From Treponema sp. (GTDB lineage: Bacteria; Spirochaetota; Spirochaetia; Treponematales; Treponemataceae): 64,000 nt of DNA. Below are positions 49,617 to 60,044 of the stretch, one piece after another. The stretch lies in contig JAEDGP010000003.1 of the NCBI GenBank assembly GCA_016297405.1, positions 2,081 to 66,080 on the forward strand, given 5' to 3'. The position numbers and the translations under genes are program-made. Every line of letters starts with the position of its first letter. Position 1 is the first letter of the stretch. The notes under the pieces were generated by a model. The model searched no databases, was not told the origin of the DNA, and worked only from the letters and a program-made list of their open reading frames with translations.

Positions 49617-51404
49617 TTATCTGGATGATTTCTTTGCCGCTTTTATCTTCACGCCATCAACAGTGCCATCATCGGTCCTATCTTTTAACTGAACTTTCCC
49701 ATCTGATATTTCAGATGTTTTTTCTTCGTCCTGATTTTCTTCAGCTTTCTGCTCGTCTTTTTGATCAGGATACTCGATTCTGTTATGGTAATAACCGAGC
49801 AAAAGTTTTACGAAAGCTTTGCGCATAATCGTGGTATCCTGAAAAGTAAGAGGACAGTTATCCAGCTGATGAGATTCCATTTTTGCAGTTATGAGTTTTC
49901 TGATAAATTTATCAAGACGCTCTTCGTTTGGATTTTCCAAAGTGCGGCAGGCTGCTTCAACTGTATCTGCACACATGACAACCGCTGATTCCTTTGTAGA
50001 AGGTGGATTTCCAAAATACGAATAATCAGCTGGATTCACATCCGGATCCTTTTGCTTTGCCTCTTCCAAGAAATAGGCAATGACACTGTTTCCGTGATGT
50101 TCTTCGATTATATCGATTACAGCCTGAGGTAGATGAAGCTGATGAGCCTTTTCAACACCTTTGCGTACATGACTGCGAATCACGGAAACTGAAAGCGAAG
50201 GATTCAGTGAATCATGCTTGTTGACGCCGTTTATCTGATTTTCTACAAAATATTCGCTATGTTCCATTTTGCCTATGTCATGATAATATGCTCCAACTCT
50301 GGCAAGCAAAGCATTTGCCCCTATATCACGACATGCAACTTCCGCAAGCTGCGCAACCATCTGGGAATGCTGATAAGTACCGCTTGCCGTAATAAGCATT
50401 TTTCTCATCAACGGGTTGTTCAAATCGCTTAAATCCATAAGCCGGAACACCGACGCTGTATTCAAAATGAATTCCACCGGCGTCAAAAGCCCTAAAGCCA
50501 GTATTCCCGAAAGGAAACCGTTTGCTGCAACACCACCTAAAAGAACTGGCAATGTTGAAAAACTTTCATTGAAGATTACCGAGTCGATTATTATAATAAC
50601 CATATTCATTGCGGCAAGTACAATGGAAGCAAAAACCATGTCGATTCGGCGCTCAATTTTGCGCACAATTACTGTTGCGGCCAGACATGAAGTAATAGTA
50701 AAAATGAACGGCACAATTCCCCATCCCGTTGCCGCAAAAACGCCAAAAGACAAAAGAAGACTGAAAAAAGCAGAACTAAGCTGCCCAAACAAAACAGCAT
50801 CTATAAGAACAAAAAGTGATGTGGGGATGATAATTACTATCATAAGCGGGGAATTAAAAGCCGGCAGTTTTTGTCCAAAGCTTGCCACGAAAAAAACGAT
50901 TGCAAAACAAATAAGCTGAAATATCAGTTCAGACAGTGAGACTTTCTTTTCCAAAGGTGCAACAGCAAAAATCACAAACCAGAGGACAATCAAAATCAAA
51001 ACAAAAAGCTCTATATCAGCAAAAGTCCTTGCATCAAAATAGACTGGAGAATCCGCCATCTTCTGAAGTTTTCTATAGGCTTCTTCTGTTACTGGGAAAC
51101 CGGATTTTACAATTTTTTCGCCTTTTTTTACCGAAATCTCGCTTTTCGAATCTGCGGGGATATCCCTTGGAGCCACAATGTTTCTGAACATTACCTGACC
51201 GATTTCAATATCATCTATATCGAAGGAATCCACAGTCTGACTGCTGGAAACGCTGAAAAAATTGATTGCTGAAACTGCAAGGAATGCACAAATCAGCAGC
51301 ACAATATACTTGTACTGTTTCTTTATGAAAATCAAAAGCGATTCAAAAATTCTTTTGACATCAATTCCTTTTTTCTTACTGGATTTTGTCCTGCTCATAT
51401 TCAT
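49617..51404 (-). CDS. 7TM-HD phosphohydrolase (PgpH-like)
   Basis: Multi-TM region, GTYQHS, YYHDIGK, YFVENQ, EHHG, ADTVEAA, RIEYP; phoH-HD-ybeY context. Confidence 0.9.
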   Translation of the reverse strand: MNMSRTKSSKKKGIDVKRIFESLLIFIKKQYKYIVLLICAFLAVSAINFFSVSSSQTVDSFDIDDIEIGQVMFRNIVAPRDIPADSKSEISVKKGEKIVKSGFPVTEEAYRKLQKMADSPVYFDARTFADIELFVLILIVLWFVIFAVAPLEKKVSLSELIFQLICFAIVFFVASFGQKLPAFNSPLMIVIIIPTSLFVLIDAVLFGQLSSAFFSLLLSFGVFAATGWGIVPFIFTITSCLAATVIVRKIERRIDMVFASIVLAAMNMVIIIIDSVIFNESFSTLPVLLGGVAANGFLSGILALGLLTPVEFILNTASVFRLMDLSDLNNPLMRKMLITASGTYQHSQMVAQLAEVACRDIGANALLARVGAYYHDIGKMEHSEYFVENQINGVNKHDSLNPSLSVSVIRSHVRKGVEKAHQLHLPQAVIDIIEEHHGNSVIAYFLEEAKQKDPDVNPADYSYFGNPPSTKESAVVMCADTVEAACRTLENPNEERLDKFIRKLITAKMESHQLDNCPLTFQDTTIMRKAFVKLLLGYYHNRIEYPDQKDEQKAEENQDEEKTSEISDGKVQLKDRTDDGTVDGVKIKAAKKSSR

Positions 51405-52323
51405 ATGCCTTTACAATTTTCTTTACAAGTGGATTGCGAACTACATCTTCCGCAGTCAGACGAATCATTCCGATTTCGTTTATTCCCGAAAGAAGATTGG
51501 TTGCGTGAATCAATCCCGAAGGAACTCGTTTTGGAAGATCAATCTGGGTAATATCCCCTGTAATGAACACTTTCGATCCTTCGCCCATTCGGGTAAGGAA
51601 CATCTTCATCTGCTCACAGGTAGTATTTTGAGCCTCATCAAGAATAATCACACTGTTATTCAAGGTGCGGCCTCTCATATACGCAAGAGGAGCAACTTCT
51701 ATTACTTCCGATTCCACAAGACGGCGAACTGTATCCCGACTGAGAATCATGCCCATCGCATCATACAACGGGCGAAGGTACGGATTTATTTTCTGTTCAA
51801 GATCTCCTGGAAGAAAGCCCAGGCTTTCACCTGCCTCTACAATTGGTCTTGAAAGAATTAGCCTTGATTTCTGATGGCTCAAAACAAGCCTCAACGCTTC
51901 TGCAACAGCCAGAAAGGTTTTACCGCTTCCAGCAGCTCCGTAGCAAAAAACCATGTCATGGCTACGCATAGACTGAATATAATCGGCTTGATGTTGTGTA
52001 TGCGGATAAACTTTTCTGATGCATCCTGGAACAGTAATGGACGTATTTTCCATATCTGCCTTTTTTTCCATATTGAGCACAGAAGTTATTATGTCGCTTG
52101 AATTTTTTCCGCCGTCATTTACTTCATCAATAATTCGGTCAACAATAAACTGGAACTCCTGGCGCAAATTTTCATCATCTGTATCAATGGAAAGCTCATT
52201 TCCTTTTGTATATACAGGAATGCCAAGATGGTCTTCAATGAGTTTTAGATTCGTGTCGTTTGTTCCACAAACACAGGTCAAAACTTCCTGGTCAGGAACA
52301 ACTATAATATATTCAGAATTCAA
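51376..52323 (-). CDS. phoH: PhoH-family ATPase
   Basis: GAAGSGKT, LGFLPGDL, PYLRPLYDA, AYMRGRTL, DEAQN, GDITQIDL. Confidence 0.95.
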   Translation of the reverse strand: MNSEYIIVVPDQEVLTCVCGTNDTNLKLIEDHLGIPVYTKGNELSIDTDDENLRQEFQFIVDRIIDEVNDGGKNSSDIITSVLNMEKKADMENTSITVPGCIRKVYPHTQHQADYIQSMRSHDMVFCYGAAGSGKTFLAVAEALRLVLSHQKSRLILSRPIVEAGESLGFLPGDLEQKINPYLRPLYDAMGMILSRDTVRRLVESEVIEVAPLAYMRGRTLNNSVIILDEAQNTTCEQMKMFLTRMGEGSKVFITGDITQIDLPKRVPSGLIHATNLLSGINEIGMIRLTAEDVVRNPLVKKIVKAYEYEQDKIQ

Positions 52324-52388
52324 ATCAGTTAATTGTAAAGTTCACCGTTTATTAAGTCAAGAGAAGCAGCTGGACTTCACATTCCTCC

Positions 52389-55300
52389 CTATTTGAGTTT
52401 CCATTCACCATACTCATCAATGATTTCAGTCTTCATGGCAGCCATAGGCCTCCACAAAACTGAAATTGTCATATATGGACTAAAGTCATAGGATTTCTTT
52501 CCATTTTCAGTAAGCAGTCTTGGCTCCACCTTGAAGGATAAGTTGAAATCCCAGTCATGCATTTCGTGAGTAATGTCGAACTTCATGCTTTTAAGCTTAA
52601 ATCCCGAAGCTTTTCGCAAATCTTCATCATCAAATCTGAATGAATTGAGCAAATCAACAAACAGGTTGGTTTCGCCAGGAAGATTATTTTCGTTTCCAAA
52701 ATACCTGTAAATTACAGAATTTTTTGAAGTTGATGTAAATGAAAACGTCAAAAATTCATTGATTTTGAATGAAATCGTAGGTGAAAAAGTAAAATAACTG
52801 CTGGTAGGCTTGAGTAAATCAGCAACAACACTTGTAGAAAGTCCAAGTCCTAAACTTACACGATTTTTCCAGGTATATAAAGTTTTTGTTGAAGGCGCAT
52901 AGGACAATGAAAAAGAATACGGAAGAAATTCCTGTTTATCCCTTTGAACCCATCCTGTGGAAGAATCAAAATCATAACCATAGGTATAGCTCATTGTGTA
53001 AGCAGCCTGCAAAGCCTGCCAGCTCAAGGAAATCTTCATTGCATCATGATGAGAATCTTCAATGTTATAATTGTATGATTCAGAAAGCTTAAGCGTATTA
53101 TTGAAAAGGCTCAGGGAAAGATTCTGTTTAAAAGGCTGCTTTACCCAAGTGTCATCAGTGCTTGATTTGCGCTTGATACCTGATTCAAATGTAGCTGAAA
53201 CAAAAGGAAAACCGAATTTCAGCGTTCCATAATACTGGTCAGGCTGTGGCGGAAGTGTTGTCGTAAGTATCAGACTTTGGGTGAACAAATTGTCACGCTG
53301 ATTTGAAGCAAAAGTAAAATCCAGCGAATTAAGGGTAATGGATTTTTCATCACTCCAGTCTGTAGTATTATACTCCCATTCAGGGTTATCTGCATCACCG
53401 ATAAATTCGGTTCGCACGACCTTAATCGTTGATCTCCATGTGATACCAGTATCTTTGATTGATTTTATATACGCAAAAGGTTTAAATGATACAGAATTTG
53501 TATTAGTAAGGTCACGCTTTTGTGCTGCATAGTCAGTTTTTCTCAAGGATTTTGCTGCTTCTTCTGTATATGCACCTTTTCCCTGTTCCAGCACATCATT
53601 TGAAGACCAGATGTACGGATGCTCCTGAAAAACCGGATCAAAATTCCAGTTGTTTGATACAGAAAAAAAGCTTCCACCATAACTGAAGGAATTATTAAGT
53701 GTCACAGGTATTTTAAGCGTATACATGGAAGATCTGATCTGTTTCCAGTCAAAATCTTCTGGCTTGGAAAGACCTTCAGAAGGATAAGCAAGCTGAGTGG
53801 TAATATTGGGCTTAATGGTATATTTCATGGAAAAATCAATTCCTGGAATGGTAACTATAGAAACAGAAGGTACAGAAATTGAAGGCAAAGCATCGGTGGT
53901 GAAAAGCGGATGAACTTCCGCTTCTTTTTCGGAAGATCCATCATCGTTGGACTGCACTGTGCCATCTGCATTTTCTGAAGAAACTGCATTCAACTCTTCA
54001 ATAGTTTCTTTTCCTTTCAAATCATCTTTCCTGTCATCATTTTTATTGTCCGTTTCCTTAACCAGACTTTCTGGAACGACCATTGGAGTTGCAAAAGAAA
54101 TTTTTTCATTATTTTTCTTTGTTACAGTTTTAGAGGATGAATAATCAAAAATAGTCCCTCCAAATGATGCAGAAAACGTAACAGGTGTAATCTGGGAAGG
54201 ATAATAGAACTTGCGCTGGGACGAATAAGTTTTCCATGAAGCCTCATCCGCTGATTTTATGTCAAAGCTGCTGAAATCGGTTGTTGCAGTTGAAGAAAAC
54301 GCTACAGACGAAGAAAGATTCAACGAAAGTGACGAAAGAAACGGTTTGATTGCAGACGGAAGAGGAACCCCATAAGAGCCGCTCAAATTCCAGGTGAAGG
54401 AAGAAACTTCAGAAATCGAATCGTCATTTTCCTCTTTATTGGCAGAATCAATCAAATAGCTGATCCAGTCCATAGATTCCTGTCTGTCAGAAAAATCATC
54501 GTTGAAAAATGGATCTGAATAAGCTGGCAGCGACAAAGTCAAACTAAATGGCTTTGAAATGCTCATTTTAAAATTCGTGCCATACCGGAACGGAAGTTCA
54601 ATTCCAAGGAAATTAGATTTCTGGTAATATTTTTCTCCAGAAGGAGCATAGGGAATATAATCGGAACCGTTTCTGAAAACAGTATTTGTAAAGCCAAGGT
54701 TCACTCCAAAATCCAAAGACGAAACAACCGAATTAGGCTTAAGCACACCAGAAATTCCTGTGGTTATTCCAACATTCGAATAGTAATCGGCAGTAAGCTT
54801 TACATATTTTGAAGTATCCCCGGAAAAATCTTTATCAAGATTATGCAAAACAAGCCCTTCAAGTTCCTGTTCCTTCAATGACGAAGGCTTTATGAAATTG
54901 AACAAGGCCTTAAGCTTTTCTGTATTTTCACTGTCTGAACCGGAAGATTTCGTGCCAGAAGTATCCAGAGGTTTTCTACCCAAAAGATAGGTAGTTGTCT
55001 GGATAAAATAACCTTCTCTGGCCCTATAGCCAAATACAGGATTAAAAACCAGTTCGTCCTTTGGATAATAGAATGCCGGAAAATAGAATACTGGAACTGG
55101 TCCCACAAACAAAAGCGCATTAACAAAGGCAAACTCGCCACCTGGCAAAAGCCAGATTCTGCTGGCTTTGATTTTCCAGTGAGGATCTTCATCATCACAG
55201 AAAGTAAGCACGCCATCCTTGAACGCAATTGTATTTGATTCGCTTCGCCCAAAAATATCACTAGCTACTATAAGAGTTGAACCAGCAGGCAAATTTATGG

Positions 55301-55703
55301 CATCAGTTTTTGTCTGAACAACCCGGCCATCATCAAAAATACCTTCCAGTGTGGAAGTATTGAACATCAATGAAGTGGCGGTAACATTCATTCCACCCGA
55401 ACTGGAAGTTGTCTGTTCCAAAGAAACGTTTCCAACCGCATACATCATTTCAGAAACCCGATCATATTTTATTTCGTCAGCAGAAATTACGTTTTTAGAC
55501 CCGCCTTTTTCAACGCTGACTTTTACATCTCCAGACAATAAAATTACATCATTGCCGGTTTCCTTATCTTTTTCGTATTGTGTGGAACGGGCGTTCTCAA
55601 TTGTAATGACAGTCCTGTTTTTTTCCTGAGCAAAAACGTTTAATGGCCAGAAAAACAGAAAAAGAGAAAACAAAACTATCGAAACACAAAAACTTTTTTT
55701 CAT
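52389..55703 (-). CDS. lptD: LptD-like outer-membrane assembly protein
   Basis: Signal peptide from ATG 55703; OstA-like jellyroll, TFCDDEDPHWKIKASRI, VPVFYFP, long beta-strand C-terminus; adjacent to uvrA. Confidence 0.8.
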   Translation of the reverse strand: MKKSFCVSIVLFSLFLFFWPLNVFAQEKNRTVITIENARSTQYEKDKETGNDVILLSGDVKVSVEKGGSKNVISADEIKYDRVSEMMYAVGNVSLEQTTSSSGGMNVTATSLMFNTSTLEGIFDDGRVVQTKTDAINLPAGSTLIVASDIFGRSESNTIAFKDGVLTFCDDEDPHWKIKASRIWLLPGGEFAFVNALLFVGPVPVFYFPAFYYPKDELVFNPVFGYRAREGYFIQTTTYLLGRKPLDTSGTKSSGSDSENTEKLKALFNFIKPSSLKEQELEGLVLHNLDKDFSGDTSKYVKLTADYYSNVGITTGISGVLKPNSVVSSLDFGVNLGFTNTVFRNGSDYIPYAPSGEKYYQKSNFLGIELPFRYGTNFKMSISKPFSLTLSLPAYSDPFFNDDFSDRQESMDWISYLIDSANKEENDDSISEVSSFTWNLSGSYGVPLPSAIKPFLSSLSLNLSSSVAFSSTATTDFSSFDIKSADEASWKTYSSQRKFYYPSQITPVTFSASFGGTIFDYSSSKTVTKKNNEKISFATPMVVPESLVKETDNKNDDRKDDLKGKETIEELNAVSSENADGTVQSNDDGSSEKEAEVHPLFTTDALPSISVPSVSIVTIPGIDFSMKYTIKPNITTQLAYPSEGLSKPEDFDWKQIRSSMYTLKIPVTLNNSFSYGGSFFSVSNNWNFDPVFQEHPYIWSSNDVLEQGKGAYTEEAAKSLRKTDYAAQKRDLTNTNSVSFKPFAYIKSIKDTGITWRSTIKVVRTEFIGDADNPEWEYNTTDWSDEKSITLNSLDFTFASNQRDNLFTQSLILTTTLPPQPDQYYGTLKFGFPFVSATFESGIKRKSSTDDTWVKQPFKQNLSLSLFNNTLKLSESYNYNIEDSHHDAMKISLSWQALQAAYTMSYTYGYDFDSSTGWVQRDKQEFLPYSFSLSYAPSTKTLYTWKNRVSLGLGLSTSVVADLLKPTSSYFTFSPTISFKINEFLTFSFTSTSKNSVIYRYFGNENNLPGETNLFVDLLNSFRFDDEDLRKASGFKLKSMKFDITHEMHDWDFNLSFKVEPRLLTENGKKSYDFSPYMTISVLWRPMAAMKTEIIDEYGEWKLK

Positions 55704-55716
55704 ACAAGGTAGAAAA

Positions 55717-58626
55717 CTATCGCCCGTTTTTTTCCAGAATTTCACGAACAAATTTTCCGGTCCAGCTTTCGCCAATTTTTGAAACCTCTTCAGGGGTTCC
55801 GCGTGCAATTATATTGCCTCCACGATATCCGCCTTCAGGTCCAATATCAATAAGATAATCGGCTTGAAGAATAACATCAAGATTATGCTCTATCATCAAG
55901 ACCGTATTTCCCTGGTTTACAAGACGCTGAATCACTCCCATAAGACATTTTACGTCTGCAAAGTGAAGCCCTGTAGTAGGTTCATCCATTATATACAAAG
56001 TTTTTCCAGTTGAAACCCTGGCAAGTTCATTCGCAAGTTTTACACGCTGGGCTTCACCACCACTTAAAGTAAGGGCATTCTGTCCCAGCTGAATGTATCC
56101 CAGGCCAACCGATTTCAGAGTTTCAAGTTTTCTGGAAATATGAGGAATAGCCGCAAAGAATTCGCATGCTTCTTCTATAGACATATTCAGAACGTCATTA
56201 ATGCTCTTGCCCTTGTACAAGACAGAAAGGGTTTCTTTATTGAACCGCTTTCCACCGCACACTTCGCACTGCACATAAACATCAGGCAAAAAGTTCATCT
56301 CAATTACATTTTCGCCAGCTCCCTGACAGGCTTCACAGCGGCCACCTTTCACATTAAAACTAAAGCGTCCTTTTTGATATCCATTCGCCTTGCTTTCAGG
56401 GAGACTTGCAAAAAGATCGCGGATCCCATCAAAGACCCCCACATAAGTTGCAGGGTTGCTTCTAGGAGAGCGGCCGATTGGGCTTTGGTCAATATTAATC
56501 ACTTTATCGATATATTCCAGCCCTTCAATAGATTCGTATGCGCCAACAGGAAGCTTTGACCTCATAAGGGAGTTTGAAACCGCAGGAAAGATTACATCGC
56601 TCATAAGCGTGGATTTTCCACTGCCGCTCACACCCGTAATGCAGGTAAAAGTTCCCAAAGGAATATCTGCGCTTACATTCTTAAGGTTATGCTCAGTTAC
56701 ACCCGTTATCCGCAAAAAATTGCCGTTGCCCTTTCGCCTTGCCAAAGGGATTTCCATCTTGAGCTTCCCACTAAGATAGCGGCCGGTTGCGCTTTCTTCT
56801 ATTTTCATGACTTCTTCAGGAGTGCCAGCTGCAACAACATTACCGCCATGCACACCAGCGCCAGGACCTATATCAACCAGATAATCGGCAGTCCTTAAAG
56901 TCTGCTCATCATGTTCAACAACAACAACAGTATTTCCCTGATTTCTAAGATGAACAAGAGTATCGATAAGGCGCTGGTTATCTCTTTGATGAAGCCCAAT
57001 ACTTGGTTCATCCAGAATATACATGACTCCGCAAAGAGCAGAGCCTATCTGAGTTGCAAGACGGATTCGCTGAGCTTCACCGCCGCTCAAAGTTTCCGCA
57101 GCCCTTTCAAGGGTCAGATAATCAAGACCAACATCTTTCAAAAAATTCAAACGGGCCTTAATTTCCTTCAATACCTGCTTTGCGATCTTCATCTGGGTTT
57201 CAGTCAGCTCAAGTTTTTCAAAAAACTCTATACTTTCCAGAACACTCAAAGTGGTAAGCTCATAAAGATTCTTTCCGCCAACAGTTACACCTAAAGCTTC
57301 CTGTCGCAGACGGCGGCCCTGACATGCCGTACAACAGCTTTTTGCCATAAATTTTTCCAGATTAGTCTTCATGGAATCGCCCCAGGCTTCATTATAACGG
57401 CGCTTCATATCGTTCATGATTCCAGGCCAAACCTGATCATAAACTGAATACCCCACTCCGCTTTGCTTTTCGTATTCCCAATGAATCGAGGTCTGACCAG
57501 ACCCATTTATAAGCACATCCCGCTGCTTTTCAGAAAGATCCCGTATAGGCGTATCAAGAGAAAAGCCATAAACATCTGCAATAGCTTTGAATCTGCAGTA
57601 ATTCCATGCTGAAGTTGGATTATAGGGCGCGAATCCGTGATCATTAAAACTCTTTGAATCATCTGGAACAATCAGATTCAAATCGAATTCCATTTTTTCC
57701 CCAAGCCCTGTACATTCAGGACAAGCCCCAAAAGGATTATTAAAAGAAAAAAGGCGTGGCTGAAGTTCAGGAATAGAGATACCACAATCAGGGCAAGCGT
57801 TTTTCTGGCTGAAAAAAATCTCTTCCTCAACATCACCAGTCTTTTTTGTTACGATGATTACGCCATTTGCACAAGATAAAGCAGTTTCAACAGAATCAGA
57901 AACACGCTTTCTGATCAAGCCAGAATACATATTCTGCAAAGCACATTCAGTGCCTTCATCCAAGCCGTTATTTTCATGTTCCAGCTTTATTCGATCCACA
58001 ACAATTTCAATTGTGTGCTTTTTCTGCTTATCAAGTTTAATTGAATCCTCAAGGCTTGCCATAACCCCATCAATTCTGGCACGCACAAAACCTGAAGTTT
58101 TTGCATCATCAATAATCTTTTGATGCTCACCCTTTTTTCCGCGGATAACAGGAGCTAGAATCTGGATCTTAGTTTCAGAAGGCCAGCTCATAATGGTATC
58201 GATAATCTGGTCAACACTCTGCTCGCTGATTTCACGTCCGCAAGACGGACAATGAGCCTTGCCACAACGGGAAAAAAGCAGGCGATAGTAATCATAAATT
58301 TCAGTAATTGTGCCAACAGTTGAACGAGGATTCTTGTTTGTAGACTTCTGTTCAATAGAAATGGCAGGAGAAAGTCCTTCAATCAAATCAACATCAGGCT
58401 TATCCATACTCCCCAAAAATTGCCTGGCATAAGAAGAAAGGCTTTCCATATAACGACGCTGCCCTTCTGCAAAAAGAGTATCAAAGGCAAGGGAACTTTT
58501 TCCAGATCCTGAAAGGCCAGAAATCACAACAAGACGATTGCGAGGAATCTCCACATCAATATTTTTAAGGTTGTGAACTCGGGCACCTCGAATCTTAATC
58601 TTTCCATCAGAAAACAAATCACTCAT
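55717..58626 (-). CDS. uvrA: Excinuclease ABC subunit A
   Basis: GARVHNLKN, GLSGSGKSS, two LSGGEAQR, Zn fingers; start moved to ATG 58626. Confidence 0.98.
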   Translation of the reverse strand: MSDLFSDGKIKIRGARVHNLKNIDVEIPRNRLVVISGLSGSGKSSLAFDTLFAEGQRRYMESLSSYARQFLGSMDKPDVDLIEGLSPAISIEQKSTNKNPRSTVGTITEIYDYYRLLFSRCGKAHCPSCGREISEQSVDQIIDTIMSWPSETKIQILAPVIRGKKGEHQKIIDDAKTSGFVRARIDGVMASLEDSIKLDKQKKHTIEIVVDRIKLEHENNGLDEGTECALQNMYSGLIRKRVSDSVETALSCANGVIIVTKKTGDVEEEIFFSQKNACPDCGISIPELQPRLFSFNNPFGACPECTGLGEKMEFDLNLIVPDDSKSFNDHGFAPYNPTSAWNYCRFKAIADVYGFSLDTPIRDLSEKQRDVLINGSGQTSIHWEYEKQSGVGYSVYDQVWPGIMNDMKRRYNEAWGDSMKTNLEKFMAKSCCTACQGRRLRQEALGVTVGGKNLYELTTLSVLESIEFFEKLELTETQMKIAKQVLKEIKARLNFLKDVGLDYLTLERAAETLSGGEAQRIRLATQIGSALCGVMYILDEPSIGLHQRDNQRLIDTLVHLRNQGNTVVVVEHDEQTLRTADYLVDIGPGAGVHGGNVVAAGTPEEVMKIEESATGRYLSGKLKMEIPLARRKGNGNFLRITGVTEHNLKNVSADIPLGTFTCITGVSGSGKSTLMSDVIFPAVSNSLMRSKLPVGAYESIEGLEYIDKVINIDQSPIGRSPRSNPATYVGVFDGIRDLFASLPESKANGYQKGRFSFNVKGGRCEACQGAGENVIEMNFLPDVYVQCEVCGGKRFNKETLSVLYKGKSINDVLNMSIEEACEFFAAIPHISRKLETLKSVGLGYIQLGQNALTLSGGEAQRVKLANELARVSTGKTLYIMDEPTTGLHFADVKCLMGVIQRLVNQGNTVLMIEHNLDVILQADYLIDIGPEGGYRGGNIIARGTPEEVSKIGESWTGKFVREILEKNGR

Positions 58627-58700
58627 AACATTAGTATAGTATTTTTTTCCAATGAAAACAATTAATCGGATAAAAACCAAAAAGGAATCTTAAAAGAACA

Positions 58701-59384
58701 TCAGGCATTCTTTGCAATCTCACAAAGCTTTTCAAATTCATCAATTACAAAATCGGCACTTTCCATAATATGCAGGCGAGTCTTTTCATCTTTTTTCAAA
58801 AGGCACTCAGTAAAAACTGTAGTAAAGCCAAGTTTTTTAGCTCCCAAAAGCTCATCATGACCGCCGTCCCCTACAAAAAGGCAATCAGATGCATCAAGCC
58901 CCATCTTTTTAAGGGCCGCCAGATAAATTGTCTCATCAGGCTTAACGCTTTTTACAATCCCAGAAAAAGTTACATAGTCAAAGTAATCCTTAAGGGGCGA
59001 CTTTTCCCAATTTTCATAATCAAAGTTATCCGCATTACTGATCAGGGAAATCACAAAACCCATTTTTTTTAATTTTTTAAGCATCAAAATTGCCTTTGGA
59101 TCAATATTGGTCTGGCAAAGTTCCATACGACGGGAGCGGCAACGCACAACATTATCTTTCTGCACATCTGTAAAATGAAGGCCACAAAGTTTCTCGTATT
59201 CATCCACTATTGCGCGCTTAGTTTCGAACTCCCCAACATTCCTGCGGCGGCAAAAAACACTTTCTTCAAAAACACTTTCAAAATCATTGCGAGAAAGCCC
59301 CACAGCCTGAAACTCCGTATCAGATTCCTGAAAAACCGGAGAAATTAAAGTCCAAAACAAATCAAAACATACAGCTTTTTTCAT
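58701..59384 (-). CDS. HAD-family hydrolase
   Basis: FDLFWTL, ISNAD, KPD, FVGDGGHDELLGA. Confidence 0.88.
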   Translation of the reverse strand: MKKAVCFDLFWTLISPVFQESDTEFQAVGLSRNDFESVFEESVFCRRRNVGEFETKRAIVDEYEKLCGLHFTDVQKDNVVRCRSRRMELCQTNIDPKAILMLKKLKKMGFVISLISNADNFDYENWEKSPLKDYFDYVTFSGIVKSVKPDETIYLAALKKMGLDASDCLFVGDGGHDELLGAKKLGFTTVFTECLLKKDEKTRLHIMESADFVIDEFEKLCEIAKNA

Positions 59385-59666
59385 AATTCAATGCTACACG
59401 CAGAAAGTTTTTTGAGCAAGACATTTTTCCAGGGCAGAGCCCCGCCCTGCGCCTCAAACCTTCGGTTTTCGGCTACCCTACCCAGCGGGCCCACAAAGGA
59501 AGACAGGCATTTCTGGCCCGCAACGCCCAAATCTTCCATAAAAACTATTTCTGAACGCCACTTTATCAATATTAATTTCTGTGTAACCTCAGTATTCAAC
59601 ACTTTTATGTTTTTTAATTCTGTAGCGAGCGAGCTATGCAGAATGGCGGGAAAAAAGACGCTAAAC

Positions 59667-59697
59667 AAAAAAAAAGACTTCCGTTCTGGAAGTCTTT
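59667..59697 (-). terminator. Intrinsic terminator of the tRNA-Val pair
   Basis: AAAGACTTCC-AGAAC-GGAAGTCTTT running into a T9 tract on the minus strand. Confidence 0.85.
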
Positions 59698-59699
59698 AG

Positions 59700-59773
59700 T
59701 GGGCAGTGAGAGGATCGAACTCCCGACATTCTGGGTGTAAACCAGACGCTCGTACCAGCTGAGCTAACTGCCC
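59700..59773 (-). tRNA. tRNA-Val(TAC), copy 2
   Basis: GGGCAGTTAGCTCAGCTGGTACGAGCGTCTGGTTTACACCCAGAATGTCGGGAGTTCGATCCTCTCACTGCCCA; anticodon TAC; CCA not encoded. Confidence 0.97.
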
Positions 59774-59827
59774 GTATTGGGTTACCATCGTTTAGATAGC
59801 GAAAACTTCCAAAACGGAAGCCTTTAG

Positions 59828-59901
59828 TGGGCAGTGAGAGGATCGAACTCCCGACATTCTGGGTGTAAACCAGACGCTCGTACCAGCTGAGCTAACTGCC
59901 C
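59828..59901 (-). tRNA. tRNA-Val(TAC), copy 1
   Basis: Identical 74-nt sequence. Confidence 0.97.
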
Positions 59902-59922
59902 GTATCGCGTTGCGATGTGTCT

Positions 59923-59952
59923 AATATATCAAAAACAAACACATTTTGTCAA
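59923..59952 (-). promoter_or_regulatory. Sigma70 promoter of the tRNA-Val pair
   Basis: TTGACA-N18-TATATT with extended TG. Confidence 0.75.
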
Positions 59953-60044
59953 CAGCCAAAGATTAAATTTTCAAAAAAAAATACCTTTTTAAGCTGCTTT
60001 GCATACTAGCTGCTAAGCAGCCATCATTTACCAAAAAGGCTGTC

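Noticed and set aside
59381..59699. ORFs 59381-59668 (-) and 59391-59699 (+)
   Set aside because: They cross the hairpin element, promoter and terminator; no RBS or recognisable domain
59700..59901. tRNA duplication as attL/attR of an island
   Set aside because: Both copies are full length, only 54 bp apart, with no integrase or cargo
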